From the NCBI GenBank assembly GCA_036524215.1, contig DATDCR010000241.1, positions 1 to 39,263 on the forward strand: a stretch of DNA of 39,263 nt, written 5' to 3'. Each line of letters begins with the position of its first letter. Position 1 is the stretch's first letter. The DNA comes from Burkholderiales bacterium. GTDB taxonomy: Bacteria; Pseudomonadota; Gammaproteobacteria; Burkholderiales; SG8-39. Below the pieces are notes generated by a model. It made no database searches. It saw only the letters and a program-made list of their open reading frames with translations, and had not been told where the DNA came from. A program made the position numbers and the translations under genes. Below, piece after piece: positions 21,130-31,244 of the stretch.

Positions 21130-21722
21130 TAGAAGTACCAGGGATAGCGCGCTTTGCGCTGCGCTTCGAAGGCGCGGATCTTGTCGGCGTGCCGCAGCGT
21201 GAGGCCGATCTCGTCCAGCCCGTTCAGGAGGCAGTACTTGCGGAACGGGTCGACGTCGAAGCGCATGGCGAGCGCCTGGTCGGTCGTCGAAACGGTCTGC
21301 TTCTCGAGATCGACCACCAGGCGAAAGCCGCTGAAGGCGTTGCACTCGTGGAACAGCCGGTCGACCTCGGACTCCGCGAGCGCGACGGGCAGGAAACCGT
21401 TCTTGAACGAATTGTTGAAGAAGATATCGGCGAACGACGGCGCGATGACGCAACGAAAGCCGTAGTCCATCAGCGCCCAGGGCGCGTGCTCGCGCGAGGA
21501 GCCGCAGCCGAAATTCTTCCGCGCGAGCAGGATGGTGGCCCCCTTGTAGCGCGGCTGGTTGAGGACGAACTGGGGGTCCTTGCGCCAGTCGGCAAACAGG
21601 CCGCCCGCGAAGCCGGTGCGCTTGATCGAGCTGAGGTACTGCTTCGGGATGATCTGGTCGGTGTCGACGTTGGCGCGGTCGAGCGGCACCACGAGGCCGT
21701 TGAGGACGGTGAACTTTTCCAT
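21129..21722 (-). CDS. leuD: 3-isopropylmalate dehydratase small subunit
   Basis: Internal ATG 21722: [28 protein letters not shown]...[18 protein letters not shown] overlap with the leuC stop. Confidence 0.95.
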   Translation of the reverse strand: MEKFTVLNGLVVPLDRANVDTDQIIPKQYLSSIKRTGFAGGLFADWRKDPQFVLNQPRYKGATILLARKNFGCGSSREHAPWALMDYGFRCVIAPSFADIFFNNSFKNGFLPVALAESEVDRLFHECNAFSGFRLVVDLEKQTVSTTDQALAMRFDVDPFRKYCLLNGLDEIGLTLRHADKIRAFEAQRKARYPWYF

Positions 21723-23137
21723 TACGACCACCGCCGGATGTCGACGAAGTGGCCGGCGATCGCCGCGGCGGCCGCCATCGAGGGGCTGACGAGATGCGTG
21801 CGGCCGCCGGGGCCCTGGCGGCCTTCGAAATTGCGGTTCGACGTCGAAGCGCAGCGCTCGCCTGCCTCGAGCCGATCCGGATTCATGCCGAGGCACATCG
21901 AGCATCCCGGCTCGCGCCACTGGAAGCCGGCGTCGCGAAATACGCGGTCGAGCCCCTCGCGCTCGGCCTGCTGCTTCACCAGGCCCGAGCCGGGGACCAC
22001 CAGCGCGAGCTTGACGTTCGAGGCGACCCGCTTGCCTTTCACCACCGCGGCAGCGGCGCGCAGGTCCTCGATGCGCGAGTTCGTGCACGAGCCGATGAAG
22101 ACCTTGTCCACGCGGATGTCGGTGATCGGCGTGCGCGGCTTGAGCCCCATGTACTGCAGGGCGCGCTCCATGCCTTCGCGGCGCTGGCCGTCTTTCTCCT
22201 TGTCCGGGTCGGGCACGGTGTCGTCCACGGCGATCACCATTTCGGGCGACGTCCCCCAGGTGACGTGGGGGCGGATCTCGCGCGCATCGAGCGTCACTTC
22301 GCGATCGAACTTCGCCTCCGGGTCGCTCGTCAGCGTGCGCCAATAGACGACGGCCAGCTCCCACTCCGCCCCCTGCGGCGCGAACTTGCGCCCCTTCAGG
22401 TACTGGAGCGTCGTTTCGTCGACGGCCACCATGCCGGCTCGGGCGCCCGCCTCGATCGCCATGTTGCAGACCGTCATGCGGCCTTCCATCGACATGGCGC
22501 GCAACGTGCTGCCGGCGAATTCGATGGCGTAGCCCGTGCCGCCGGCCGTGCCGATGCGGCCGATGATGGCGAGCGCCACGTCCTTGGCCGTCACGCCGCG
22601 CGCGAGCGCGCCTTCCACGTTGACGCGCATGTTCTTCATCTTCTTCGTCACCAGGCATTGCGTCGCCAGCACGTGCTCGACTTCCGAGGTGCCGATGCCG
22701 TGCGCGAGGCAGGCGAAGGCGCCATGCGTGCTGGTGTGCGAATCGCCGCAGACGACCGTCATGCCGGGCAGCGTCGCGCCCTGCTCGGGGCCGATGACGT
22801 GGACGATTCCCTGCCGCTTGTCGAGATACGGGAAGTACACCTTGGCGCCGAACTGCTTGATGTTGGCGTCGAGCGTCTCGATCTGCAGGCGCGCGAACGG
22901 ATCGCGCACGCCGGCGATGCCTTCTTCCCAGTTGGTGGTCGGCGTGTTGTGGTCGGCGGTCGCCACCACCGAGTCGGTGCGCCAGGGCTTGCGCCCGGCC
23001 TCGCGCAGCCCTTCGTAGGCTTGCGCGCTCGTCACCTCGTGGACGAGGTGGCGGTCGATGTAGAGCAGCGCCGTGCCGTCGTCTTCGACGTGCACGACAT
23101 GACTATCCCAAAGCTTGTCGTAAAGAGTCTGCGCCAT
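21722..23137 (-). CDS. leuC: 3-isopropylmalate dehydratase large subunit
   Basis: [15 protein letters not shown]...[11 protein letters not shown]...VCGDSHT...[11 protein letters not shown]...CSMCLGMN (aconitase-family Fe-S ligands). Confidence 0.95.
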   Translation of the reverse strand: MAQTLYDKLWDSHVVHVEDDGTALLYIDRHLVHEVTSAQAYEGLREAGRKPWRTDSVVATADHNTPTTNWEEGIAGVRDPFARLQIETLDANIKQFGAKVYFPYLDKRQGIVHVIGPEQGATLPGMTVVCGDSHTSTHGAFACLAHGIGTSEVEHVLATQCLVTKKMKNMRVNVEGALARGVTAKDVALAIIGRIGTAGGTGYAIEFAGSTLRAMSMEGRMTVCNMAIEAGARAGMVAVDETTLQYLKGRKFAPQGAEWELAVVYWRTLTSDPEAKFDREVTLDAREIRPHVTWGTSPEMVIAVDDTVPDPDKEKDGQRREGMERALQYMGLKPRTPITDIRVDKVFIGSCTNSRIEDLRAAAAVVKGKRVASNVKLALVVPGSGLVKQQAEREGLDRVFRDAGFQWREPGCSMCLGMNPDRLEAGERCASTSNRNFEGRQGPGGRTHLVSPSMAAAAAIAGHFVDIRRWS

Positions 23138-23142
23138 CCGGA

Positions 23143-23161
23143 GTTTCCGCAGTGCGGAAAC
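23143..23161 (-). promoter_or_regulatory. Perfect 8-bp GC-rich hairpin in the leuC 5' leader that covers the likely ribosome-binding site
   Basis: Plus strand gtttccgc-agt-gcggaaac. On the minus transcript the 3' arm GCGGAAAC contains GGAA 7 nt upstream of the leuC AUG. No U-tract follows it. Confidence 0.3.
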
Positions 23162-23183
23162 CCCAGATTATGCCATTCGACAA

Positions 23184-24017
23184 CTACTTGCCGGCGCTCG
23201 CGGTGCCGCCCTTCGCCGCCTGATAGAGCGGCATCACCTTCGCCGAGTAGTTCTGCAGGTCGGCGATGCGCGTCTCGTGCGAGGGGTGCGTGGAAAGGAA
23301 CTGCGGCGGCTGGCCGCCCGCGAGCTTCTCCATTTTCTGCCACAGCGCCACGGCGGCCTGCGGGTTGTAGCCGGCACGCGCGGCGAGCTCGACCCCGATG
23401 CGGTCGGCTTCCGTCTCCATGCCGCGCGACTTGGGCTTGAAGAGCGTGACATCGGCCACCATGCCGGCGACGTTCTGTCCGAGATCGCCGACCCCGAACA
23501 GGGCGCTGGCGATGCCGATGCCGGCCTGGGTGATCGCCTGCTGCGACATCTGCTCGCGGGAGTGCTCGCGCAATGCGTGCGCGATCTCATGGCCCAGGAC
23601 CGCGGCGAGCTCGTCATCGGTCGCCTGCAGCTTGTTGATGAGGCCGGTGTAGATCGCCACCTTGCCGTGCGGCATCGCCCAGGCGTTCACGTCTTCGAGC
23701 GAGATGACGTGGACTTCCCACGGCCACTTCGTCGCATCGGGCCGGAAAGCCGTGGTCGCCGGCACCAGCCGGCCGACGATGGTCCTGACCCGGGCGACCT
23801 GCGCCGCGTCGCGGTCGAGGGCGCCCTTCTTCTGCGCTTCGGCCATCATCTGGGCGTAGGCCTTCTCGGCGCCGGCGTTGACCTCTTCAGAGGACACCGC
23901 CATGCGCTGGTGTCGCTCGACGCCGACGGCGCCGGCCTTGGTCGTATCGACGGTCTCGCAGCCGGTGGTCATGGCCGTGAAGGCCATCAGGACGATCCAT
24001 TTACGATTCATAGACAC
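23184..24017 (-). CDS. M48-family zinc metallopeptidase lipoprotein (LoiP/YggG-like)
   Basis: Lipoprotein signal MNRKWIVLMAFTAMTTGC. Zinc motif HEIAHALREH with a downstream ETEADRIG glutamate ligand. Confidence 0.85.
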   Translation of the reverse strand: MSMNRKWIVLMAFTAMTTGCETVDTTKAGAVGVERHQRMAVSSEEVNAGAEKAYAQMMAEAQKKGALDRDAAQVARVRTIVGRLVPATTAFRPDATKWPWEVHVISLEDVNAWAMPHGKVAIYTGLINKLQATDDELAAVLGHEIAHALREHSREQMSQQAITQAGIGIASALFGVGDLGQNVAGMVADVTLFKPKSRGMETEADRIGVELAARAGYNPQAAVALWQKMEKLAGGQPPQFLSTHPSHETRIADLQNYSAKVMPLYQAAKGGTASAGK

Positions 24018-24049
24018 CTCAACGTTTTATCTCCGTCACTGTTGACACC

Positions 24050-25186
24050 TTACAACCCCGCACGTTTCAGGGGATAGGCAAAAAGGAGGCCCGCTAGGGC
24101 TGCCAGCGCCGACACGCTGAACGCCGCGCCTGCACCTCCGGCATCCCATGCCCACCCGGCGCTAAGCGCCCCCGCGGCGCCCCCGGCACCGTAACCGAGG
24201 CTCGAAAAGAGCGTTTGACCGCGCGCATGGGCGTGCGGGGCGAACAGGCGATGCACGGCGGCGACGGCGGCGGCGTGATACGAGCCGAACGTGGCGGCGT
24301 GCAGGATCTGCGCAAAGACGAGCAGCGCGAGCCATTCGGCCGCCCAGCCGATCACGAGGAACCGGATCACGCCGAGCGCGGCGCTCGCGACGAGGATCGT
24401 GGAGAGCGCATGCCGCTGGAAAAGCGCCGGCAGGAAGAGGAACACGGCAATTTCCGCCAGCACACCGAGCGTCCAGAGCAAGCCGATCAACGCGCCGCTG
24501 TAGCCGAGATGCTGGAGATGCAGCGTGAAGAACGCGTACAGCGTGCCGTGGGCGAGCGCCATGCAGAAGGCCGAGCCGAGCAGGCATAGCGCCGCGCGGC
24601 CGATCGGCACGTGAGCCGCTCCCGCCGTCGTCCGCGCTGCTCCTGAGGGAAGCACGAAACCAACGGCCGCGGCAGTCAATGCGAAAAAGACAACGGCAAA
24701 CGGCAGGATCTGCACCGATCGGAAATCCAGCCACGCGCCGCCCGCGAGCACGGCGGCGATGAAGCCGATCGATCCCCACAGGCGGATCGGGCCGTAGCGC
24801 CCGGTCTCGCCGCGCAGCGCGCCGAGCGTGATCGCCTCGACGAGCGGCAACGCGGCCGCGGAGAACACGCTCGAGAGCGCGACGAGGGCAGCGATGGTGG
24901 CGAAGCTCGGCATGAGCGGCAGCAAGACGAAGCACGCCGCGCTGGTCGCGCAAGACAGCACCACGATCGCGCGCTGCCCCCCGGTGCGATCGGCCACCCA
25001 GCCCCAGGCCGTCGGCGCGACGATGCGCGCGAGCTGCGGCAGCGCCAGCACCCACGCGATCTCGGTCGCGCCGAGGCCGCGCGCCGCGAGGTAAGGCGGG
25101 AAGTACGCCACCATCAGCCCGGCCCAGACGAAGAACACGAAGTAGAACGCGGCGAGCCTGGCGCTCGTGCGCAATGACACCGGCAT
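24050..25186 (-). CDS. MFS transporter (MFS_1-like / PPP-family-like, 12 TM)
   Basis: 378 aa, hydrophobic throughout. N-terminus LAAFYFVFFVWAGLMVAYFPPYLAARGL...WGWVADRTG resembles the 3-phenylpropionate-type MFS subfamily. Substrate unknown. Confidence 0.8.
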   Translation of the reverse strand: MPVSLRTSARLAAFYFVFFVWAGLMVAYFPPYLAARGLGATEIAWVLALPQLARIVAPTAWGWVADRTGGQRAIVVLSCATSAACFVLLPLMPSFATIAALVALSSVFSAAALPLVEAITLGALRGETGRYGPIRLWGSIGFIAAVLAGGAWLDFRSVQILPFAVVFFALTAAAVGFVLPSGAARTTAGAAHVPIGRAALCLLGSAFCMALAHGTLYAFFTLHLQHLGYSGALIGLLWTLGVLAEIAVFLFLPALFQRHALSTILVASAALGVIRFLVIGWAAEWLALLVFAQILHAATFGSYHAAAVAAVHRLFAPHAHARGQTLFSSLGYGAGGAAGALSAGWAWDAGGAGAAFSVSALAALAGLLFAYPLKRAGL

Positions 25187-25211
25187 GCGTCTAACTTAGC
25201 ATCCGGGGCCG

Positions 25212-28172
25212 ATGTCGCGCCCCGCGCTCTATCTGCTGTTTACCGCTTCCGGCTTTGCCGGGCTCATCTACGAGTCGATCTGGACGCAGTACCTGAAGCT
25301 CTTCCTCGGCCACGCCGCGTATGCGCAATCGCTGGTGCTGGTGGTGTTCATGGGCGGCATGGCGGCGGGCGCCGCCTGGTGCGCGCGTCGCGCCGAGAAG
25401 ATGGCCAATCCGTTGCTCGCCTATGCGGCAGTAGAGGCGCTGATCGGCATCGCCGCGCTCGCCTTTCATGCGCTCTTCGTCTGGCTGACCGACTGGTCGT
25501 ATGACTCGCTGCTGCCGGCGCTGTCGCACGAATGGCTCGTGCTTTTCGCGAAGCTCGCGCTGGCATGCCTGCTGATCCTGCCGCCGTCGATCCTCCTCGG
25601 CATGACGTTTCCGCTGATGAGCGGCGGCCTGGTGCGCGCCGAGCCGCGCTCGGCCGGCGAATCGCTCGCCATGCTTTATTTCACCAACAGCCTGGGCGCT
25701 GCGGCCGGCGCGCTGGCGAGCGGCTTCATCCTCATCGCGGCTTACGGCCTGCCCGGAACGCTGAAGCTCGCCGGCCTGCTGAACCTCGCCATCGCCATCG
25801 TCGTTGCCTTCGTCGCCCGCCCGCTCGAGCACCGGCCGCTTGCAGCGAGCGGCGCGCGGCCAAGCGGCGCCGATCTTCTCATTGCGGTGGCTTTCTTCAC
25901 CGGACTCGCCTCCTTCGTCTACGAGATCAGCTGGATCCGCATGCTTTCGCTCGTCCTCGGCGCGTCGACGCACGCCTTCGAGCTGATGCTGGCGGCTTTC
26001 GTCTTCGGGCTGGCGCTCGGCGGACTGGCCGTGCGCCGGCGCATCGATGCGGCCGCGGAGCCGGTACGCTGGCTCGCCTTCGTGCAGATCGCGATGGGGC
26101 TCGCCGCGCTCGCCACCCTGCCGGTCTACGACTGGACGTTCTCGCTCATGGAAGCGCTGATGAAGGGGATCGCGCGAACCGAGAGCGGCTATCGCCTGTT
26201 CAATGCCGCCGGCGCGCTGATCGCCTCGATCATCATGCTGCCGGCGACCTTCTGCGCCGGCATGACGCTGCCGCTCCTTACGGCGGCGCTGCTTCGCCGC
26301 GGACGCGGCGAAGCCGCCATCGGCAATGTCTATGCCGCCAATACGCTCGGCGCGATCGCGGGGGTCGTGCTCGCGCTGCATCTCGGCCTGCCGCTCGTCG
26401 GCCTCAAAGGGACGCTGATGGCCGGCGCGCTCATCGACGTCGCGCTTGGATTGCTCCTGCTGCGTTTCCTCTCCGTCGACCTCATCCCCGCCGCTCTCCT
26501 GTGCGCGGTGCTCTTCCTGAGCGTCGGCGTTGGCGTCGAGCTCGATGCCAACAAGATGACCGCCGGCGTATTCCGCTACGGCGAGCTCTCGGCGTCGAAC
26601 GACGCGACAGTCCTCTTCAAGAAGGACGGCAAGACCGCCACCGTGCACCTCGTGCGCTATCCCGAGGCCACCAGCCTTCGCACGAACGGCAAGTCCGACG
26701 GCTCGATCAACATGGACCCCGGCGGCGAGCGCGGCTCCGACGAGATCACCATGGTCCTCACCGCCGCGTTGCCGCTCGCGCTCAAGCCGCAGACGCGCTC
26801 CGCGGCGGTGATCGGCATCGGCACGGGCCTCACCATGCATACCCTGCTGCAGGACCTCGACCTCGAGCGCGTCGAGACGATCGAGATCGAGCCGGCGATG
26901 GCGGAGGCGGCGCGCGGCTTCACGCCGCGCAACAGCGGCGCCTTCGTCGACCCGCGCGGAAGCATCGTGATCGACGATGCGAAGAGCTTCTTCGCCGCGC
27001 ATCGCCGCCGCTACGACCTCATCATCTCCGAGCCTTCCAATCCCTGGGTGAGCGGCGTCTCGAGCCTGTTCAGCCGCGAGTTCTACCGGCGCATCCGGCC
27101 CCACCTCAATCCGGGCGGGCTGCTGGTGCAATGGATCCAGCTCTACGAGATCGATCCCGCGCTGGTCGCCACGGTGCTGGCGGCGCTGAGCGAGACGTTC
27201 CCGCATTACGCCATCTATGCACCGAGCGATCACGACATCCTCATCGTGGCGAGCGAAGCGGCCATTCCGCCGGCGCCGCAGGCCCGGGTGTTCGAGCAGC
27301 CGGGCCTGGCCAAGGAGCTGTGGACCGTGCATGTCCTGTCGATCGGCGATCTCGATGCGCGCTACGTCGGCAACCGCGCCACGCTCGGCCCGCTCTTCGC
27401 GAGCTATGCCATGCCGGCCAACTCGGACTACTACCCGGTGCTCGACCTCAATGCGGCGCGCCAGCGCTTCATGGAGAAGAGCGCGGCCGAGATCGTCGCC
27501 CTGGGCGCGCTCGGCGTGCCGGTGCTCGAGCTCCTCGAGCCGACGCGGCCGCGGCGGGCGCCGAACCCGCTCTACGACGGCGCCTACGCCTTCGAGCGGC
27601 TCGAGAAGACGCGGCTCGCCTGGTATGCGCGCAATTACCTCGTCGAGCCGCGTCCGCCGGCGCCGCAGGGCGTGCCGCGCCAGCTGCAGAAGGACCTGGA
27701 GCTCGTCAAGTTGCGGGTCCTGCAATGCCGCGCGCCGAAGGAAGAAGACGTCTGGCTGCACAGCGCCATGCGCGTCGCCGAGGCGATGAACCCGTACCTG
27801 AATCGCGAAGACCTGGCGCCGCTCTGGGCGCGCATGACGACGACGCCTTGCTTCGCCGGTCTGCACGACTTCCAGCAGCAATGGCTGCAGCTTTTCGGCG
27901 CGGTCGCGGCGCGCGATGCAGCGCGCATGGCGGCGCTGGCAAGCGCGTTGCTCCTGACGCAGAGCGAAGCCGGCAGCGAGGCGCGCGAATACCTGCTCCT
28001 CGCCGCGATGGCCGGCTCCATTGCGAGCGGCGAGCGCGAGGGCGCGCTCAGGGCCTGGCGCAACGAAGGCTCGCGGGTGCGCGGCATGACGAGCGCGGCT
28101 TTTCGCCTGCTTCGCTGCCACGCCGACCCCGTCGACTGCGCGTGGGCGCTCAGCGCGGCGGCGAAGCGCTAG
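25212..28172 (+). CDS. Fused polytopic membrane domain / spermidine-synthase-like (class I SAM-dependent fold) / unknown C-terminal domain protein
   Basis: 986 aa. About 13 TM helices (aa 1-~440) with an internal duplication ([21 protein letters not shown] vs [21 protein letters not shown]; [14 protein letters not shown] vs [14 protein letters not shown]). SpeE-like domain aa ~450-660 ([10 protein letters not shown]...ETIEIEP...[24 protein letters not shown]...[10 protein letters not shown]). The C-terminal ~330 aa have no recognisable motifs. Confidence 0.8.
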   Translation: MSRPALYLLFTASGFAGLIYESIWTQYLKLFLGHAAYAQSLVLVVFMGGMAAGAAWCARRAEKMANPLLAYAAVEALIGIAALAFHALFVWLTDWSYDSLLPALSHEWLVLFAKLALACLLILPPSILLGMTFPLMSGGLVRAEPRSAGESLAMLYFTNSLGAAAGALASGFILIAAYGLPGTLKLAGLLNLAIAIVVAFVARPLEHRPLAASGARPSGADLLIAVAFFTGLASFVYEISWIRMLSLVLGASTHAFELMLAAFVFGLALGGLAVRRRIDAAAEPVRWLAFVQIAMGLAALATLPVYDWTFSLMEALMKGIARTESGYRLFNAAGALIASIIMLPATFCAGMTLPLLTAALLRRGRGEAAIGNVYAANTLGAIAGVVLALHLGLPLVGLKGTLMAGALIDVALGLLLLRFLSVDLIPAALLCAVLFLSVGVGVELDANKMTAGVFRYGELSASNDATVLFKKDGKTATVHLVRYPEATSLRTNGKSDGSINMDPGGERGSDEITMVLTAALPLALKPQTRSAAVIGIGTGLTMHTLLQDLDLERVETIEIEPAMAEAARGFTPRNSGAFVDPRGSIVIDDAKSFFAAHRRRYDLIISEPSNPWVSGVSSLFSREFYRRIRPHLNPGGLLVQWIQLYEIDPALVATVLAALSETFPHYAIYAPSDHDILIVASEAAIPPAPQARVFEQPGLAKELWTVHVLSIGDLDARYVGNRATLGPLFASYAMPANSDYYPVLDLNAARQRFMEKSAAEIVALGALGVPVLELLEPTRPRRAPNPLYDGAYAFERLEKTRLAWYARNYLVEPRPPAPQGVPRQLQKDLELVKLRVLQCRAPKEEDVWLHSAMRVAEAMNPYLNREDLAPLWARMTTTPCFAGLHDFQQQWLQLFGAVAARDAARMAALASALLLTQSEAGSEAREYLLLAAMAGSIASGEREGALRAWRNEGSRVRGMTSAAFRLLRCHADPVDCAWALSAAAKR

Positions 28173-29503
28173 CGCCGCGCCTTCTTCTTCGCGTAAGGAT
28201 TGCGCCCGGTGCGGAACTCGACCGCGAGCGGCGTGCCGACCAGCGTGAAGGCCTTGCGGAAATAGCCCTCGAGGTAGCGCTTGTACGACGCCGGCACACG
28301 ATCGAGCGCGTTGCCGTGGATGATGATGCGCGGCGGGTTGATGCCGCCCTGGTGCGCATAGCGCAGCTTCGGGCGGATAAGGCCGCTCTTCGGCGGCGCC
28401 TGGCGCTCGACCGCGGCAATCAACGCGCGCGTGAGCTTGGGCGTGGAGAGCCGCGCCATGGCGGCCGCGTGCGCCGTATCGATCGCACGCATCAGGCCGG
28501 CAAGGCCCTGCCCCTTCTTCGCCGAGATCGTCTGCGACTCGGCAAAGGCGAGGAAGCCGAGCTTCCACTGGAGCTCCGTCTTGAGCCGGGCGCGCGCCTC
28601 CTTGTCTGCTGCATCCCATTTGTTCACCGCCAGCACCACCGCGCGCCCGCGCTCGAGGATGTAGCCGGCGACGTGCGCGTCCTGCTCGGTGATGCCTTCC
28701 GCCGCGTCGACCAGGAGCACCGCCACGTTCGCGGCTTCGATCGCCTGCAACGCCTTGACGATGGAGAAGTACTCGGGCGGCGTGCCCGTCTTGCCGCGCC
28801 GGCGCACGCCGGCCGTGTCGATCAGCGTGTAGCGGCGTCCGGCGCGCTCGAACGGCACCTCGATCGGATCGCGCGTCGTGCCCGGCTGGTCGAAGGCGAT
28901 GACGCGCTCCTCGCCGACCAGCGCGTTGATGAGCGTCGACTTGCCGACATTCGGGCGGCCGACGATCGCGACGCGCGCGTGGCGCTCGGCCTCCTCGTCG
29001 GCCTGCGTCTCCTGCGGGAACGGCGCGAGCACCGCGTCGACCAGCTCGCGCACGCCTTCGCCGTGCGCGGCCGAGATGGCGACCGGGTCGCCCATGCCGA
29101 GCTCGTGGAATTCCGCGGTCGCCGTGCCGCTCGCCATGCCCTCGGCCTTGTTGACCGCGAGCCAGACGTTCTTGTGGCGGCGCAGCCGGGCGGCGATATC
29201 GCGATCCGCGCCCGTGAGGCCGGCGCGCGCATCCAGTACGAAGACGACGGCATCGGCTTCGGCGATCGCCTGCTCCGCCTGGCGCGCCATCTCGACCTGA
29301 ACGCCTTCGTGCGCGCGCGGCTCGAATCCGCCGGTGTCAATGGCGATGAAGCGCCGGCTGCCGGCGCGGCCTTCTCCGTAGTGGCGATCGCGCGTGACGC
29401 CCGGCAGGTCGTGCACGATGGCGTCGCGGCTGCCGGTCAGGCGGTTAAAGAGGGTCGACTTCCCGACGTTTGGGCGCCCGACGATCGCCAGCACCGGTTT
29501 CAC
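28169..29503 (-). CDS. der: Ribosome-biogenesis GTPase Der (EngA), double GTPase domain
   Basis: GTG at 29503 ([20 protein letters not shown]) with a second P-loop [16 protein letters not shown] and a C-terminal KH-like domain. GTGA overlap with the bamB stop. Confidence 0.95.
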   Translation of the reverse strand: MKPVLAIVGRPNVGKSTLFNRLTGSRDAIVHDLPGVTRDRHYGEGRAGSRRFIAIDTGGFEPRAHEGVQVEMARQAEQAIAEADAVVFVLDARAGLTGADRDIAARLRRHKNVWLAVNKAEGMASGTATAEFHELGMGDPVAISAAHGEGVRELVDAVLAPFPQETQADEEAERHARVAIVGRPNVGKSTLINALVGEERVIAFDQPGTTRDPIEVPFERAGRRYTLIDTAGVRRRGKTGTPPEYFSIVKALQAIEAANVAVLLVDAAEGITEQDAHVAGYILERGRAVVLAVNKWDAADKEARARLKTELQWKLGFLAFAESQTISAKKGQGLAGLMRAIDTAHAAAMARLSTPKLTRALIAAVERQAPPKSGLIRPKLRYAHQGGINPPRIIIHGNALDRVPASYKRYLEGYFRKAFTLVGTPLAVEFRTGRNPYAKKKARR

Positions 29504-30612
29504 GGCGCGAGCGCATGCAGCGAGCCGTTTTGCGTCTGCACCAGGATGCCGTCCGGGAGGTTGCGCGGCGCGGCGCGCACGGCGCCGCCGCCGGTCGAAT
29601 AGCGCGCGACGAAAGCGCCGGTCTCGCGCGCGAGGAAGTGCACATGGCCCTCGAAATCCCCCACGGCGACAAATTCGCCGTGGCCCACCGGCAGCGAAAG
29701 CTGACGGTAGGCGAGCTTGTCCTGCTTCCATACCGAGCGGCCGTTGCTGCGGTCGAAAGCCTGCACCGCACCGCGGTCATCGCTGACGAAGGCGTAGCGC
29801 GCGTCGAGGCTCACGCCGGTGAGCGACGAGGCCTCGCGCGCCCAGACCTGGCGCCCGCTGGCGGCTTCGTAGCAGGCGACGCGACCCTGGTAGGTCGCCG
29901 CGCACACTTCGCGTCCCTGCACGACGGGATCGCCGACCACATCGGTGACGCGCTCGAGCTCGGTGGCGCCTTTGGGCAGCGCCACCGTCGCCTCCCAGCG
30001 CGAGCCGCCATTGGAGAGCGCGATCGCGGTCAGCCGGCCGCCGGCGAAGCCGGCGTAGGCCGTGTCGCCGTCGATCGCCACGCCGGCGGGCACGCGGATG
30101 ACGAGCGAGGCCGGCGCACGCTGATAGATCCAGCGCCGCTTGCCGTCCTCGGCGCCGAACGCGAACAGGCGATTGTCGATGCTGCGCACGAGCACGAGGT
30201 TGCTGCCGACCGCCGGCGCCGCGATCACCTCGCTCGAGGCGCGCGCGGCCCAGCGTTTCTCGCCGGTCTGCGCGTCGAGCGCGAAGACCTCGCCTTCCTC
30301 GTTCGCCACGGCGACGATGCGGCCGTCGGTGCCGACGCCGGCGGAGAGCTCGCTGCCCGCGAAGACGCTCCACATGGTCTGGCCGTTCGCGGCGTTGATG
30401 CGCGTCACGGTGCCGTTTCGCGCTGCCGTGAACACCGCGCCGTCGGCGAACGCGGGCGAGAAAACGAAGCGCTCGGCGCTGCCGGTGCTCGCCGACCAGA
30501 GGACCCGCACGCGCGCCGGCTGATCGATCTGCGGCAGCGCCGCAGGCTTCGGCCCGGAGGGCGTCGAGCAGGCCGCGAGAAGCAGCGCCAGGGTCGCCAG
30601 GGCGATGCGCAT
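29500..30612 (-). CDS. bamB: Outer membrane protein assembly factor BamB (PQQ-like beta-propeller lipoprotein)
   Basis: Internal ATG 30612. Lipobox [16 protein letters not shown]. Repeated beta-propeller blades. Conserved yfgM-bamB-der order. Confidence 0.9.
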   Translation of the reverse strand: MRIALATLALLLAACSTPSGPKPAALPQIDQPARVRVLWSASTGSAERFVFSPAFADGAVFTAARNGTVTRINAANGQTMWSVFAGSELSAGVGTDGRIVAVANEEGEVFALDAQTGEKRWAARASSEVIAAPAVGSNLVLVRSIDNRLFAFGAEDGKRRWIYQRAPASLVIRVPAGVAIDGDTAYAGFAGGRLTAIALSNGGSRWEATVALPKGATELERVTDVVGDPVVQGREVCAATYQGRVACYEAASGRQVWAREASSLTGVSLDARYAFVSDDRGAVQAFDRSNGRSVWKQDKLAYRQLSLPVGHGEFVAVGDFEGHVHFLARETGAFVARYSTGGGAVRAAPRNLPDGILVQTQNGSLHALAP

Positions 30613-31244
30613 CACGATCCGCCGAGCGCCTCGAGGCGCATGCGCACGCTCTCGCGGAACGCGGCATTGCCGTTGCCGGCCTTCTCCAGCGCCACGCCAT
30701 ACGCGGCGCGCGCGTCGGCGAGCTGGTTCTTCGCGACGAGCACGTCGCCCTTCGCCGCCGCGTATTCGGCGTCGAAGGCCGCGCCGTGCTTCTCGTCGAG
30801 CAGCTTGAGCGCCTCGTCGTAGGACTTCTCGTCGAGCGCGATGGCGGCGAGGCGCAGGCGCGCGAGGTCGCGGAATTCTTCGCGGCCGTGCTCCATCACC
30901 CACTGCAGCTGCGCCTTCGCGCTCTTCAGATCATTGCGATCGAAGTAGAAGCGGGCCGCGGTGAGCGCGCCCATGGTGGCGTACAGCGCGCGCGGATAGC
31001 TCTCGAGCAGCGCGCCGCTCGTGTCGCGCAGCGCCTTTGCGTCGCCGGCCTGCGCGGCACGCGCCAGCGTGTCGTACAAGGCGCCGGCGCGCGAGGCCTG
31101 CGTTCGCTCGTACCAGCGCCAGCCCTGCCAGCCGGCAAAGGTGAGCGAAGCGGCGACGATGGCGGCGACGACGAGCGAGCCGTACTGGTGCCACCACGCC
31201 TTCAGTTCCGCCAGTTGTTCCTGTTCTTCGAGATCGAGCGCCAT
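30612..31244 (-). CDS. YfgM-family TPR membrane protein (ancillary SecYEG-associated)
   Basis: MALDLEEQEQLAELKAWWHQYG followed by a TM anchor and a TPR-like C-terminus. ATG 31244 is preferred over the adjacent TTG 31247. Conserved position between hisS and bamB. Confidence 0.8.
   Translation of the reverse strand: MALDLEEQEQLAELKAWWHQYGSLVVAAIVAASLTFAGWQGWRWYERTQASRAGALYDTLARAAQAGDAKALRDTSGALLESYPRALYATMGALTAARFYFDRNDLKSAKAQLQWVMEHGREEFRDLARLRLAAIALDEKSYDEALKLLDEKHGAAFDAEYAAAKGDVLVAKNQLADARAAYGVALEKAGNGNAAFRESVRMRLEALGGS

Noticed and set aside
24041-24046. Perfect TTGACA -35 hexamer on the plus strand in the M48/MFS spacer
   Set aside because: It is on the wrong strand for both flanking genes. 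Nothing but antisense MFS sequence lies downstream, and there is no matching -10 at 16-18 bp.
25191-28619. 1142-aa minus-strand ORF spanning the whole 986-aa fusion gene and the 3' part of der
   Set aside because: It is antisense to a plus-strand frame with clear TM periodicity and SpeE-like motifs. Its translation is Arg/Ala/Gly/His/Asp-rich low-information sequence with no recognisable domain, and it crosses the der gene out of frame. This is a typical stop-codon-poor shadow ORF in GC-rich DNA.
25532-29602. 1356-aa plus-strand ORF running from inside the fusion gene through der
   Set aside because: It is out of frame with the convincing 25212..28172 product and antisense to der, whose double P-loop GTPase translation is unambiguous. 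Its composition is dominated by Arg/Ala/Pro/Gly. It is a shadow ORF.
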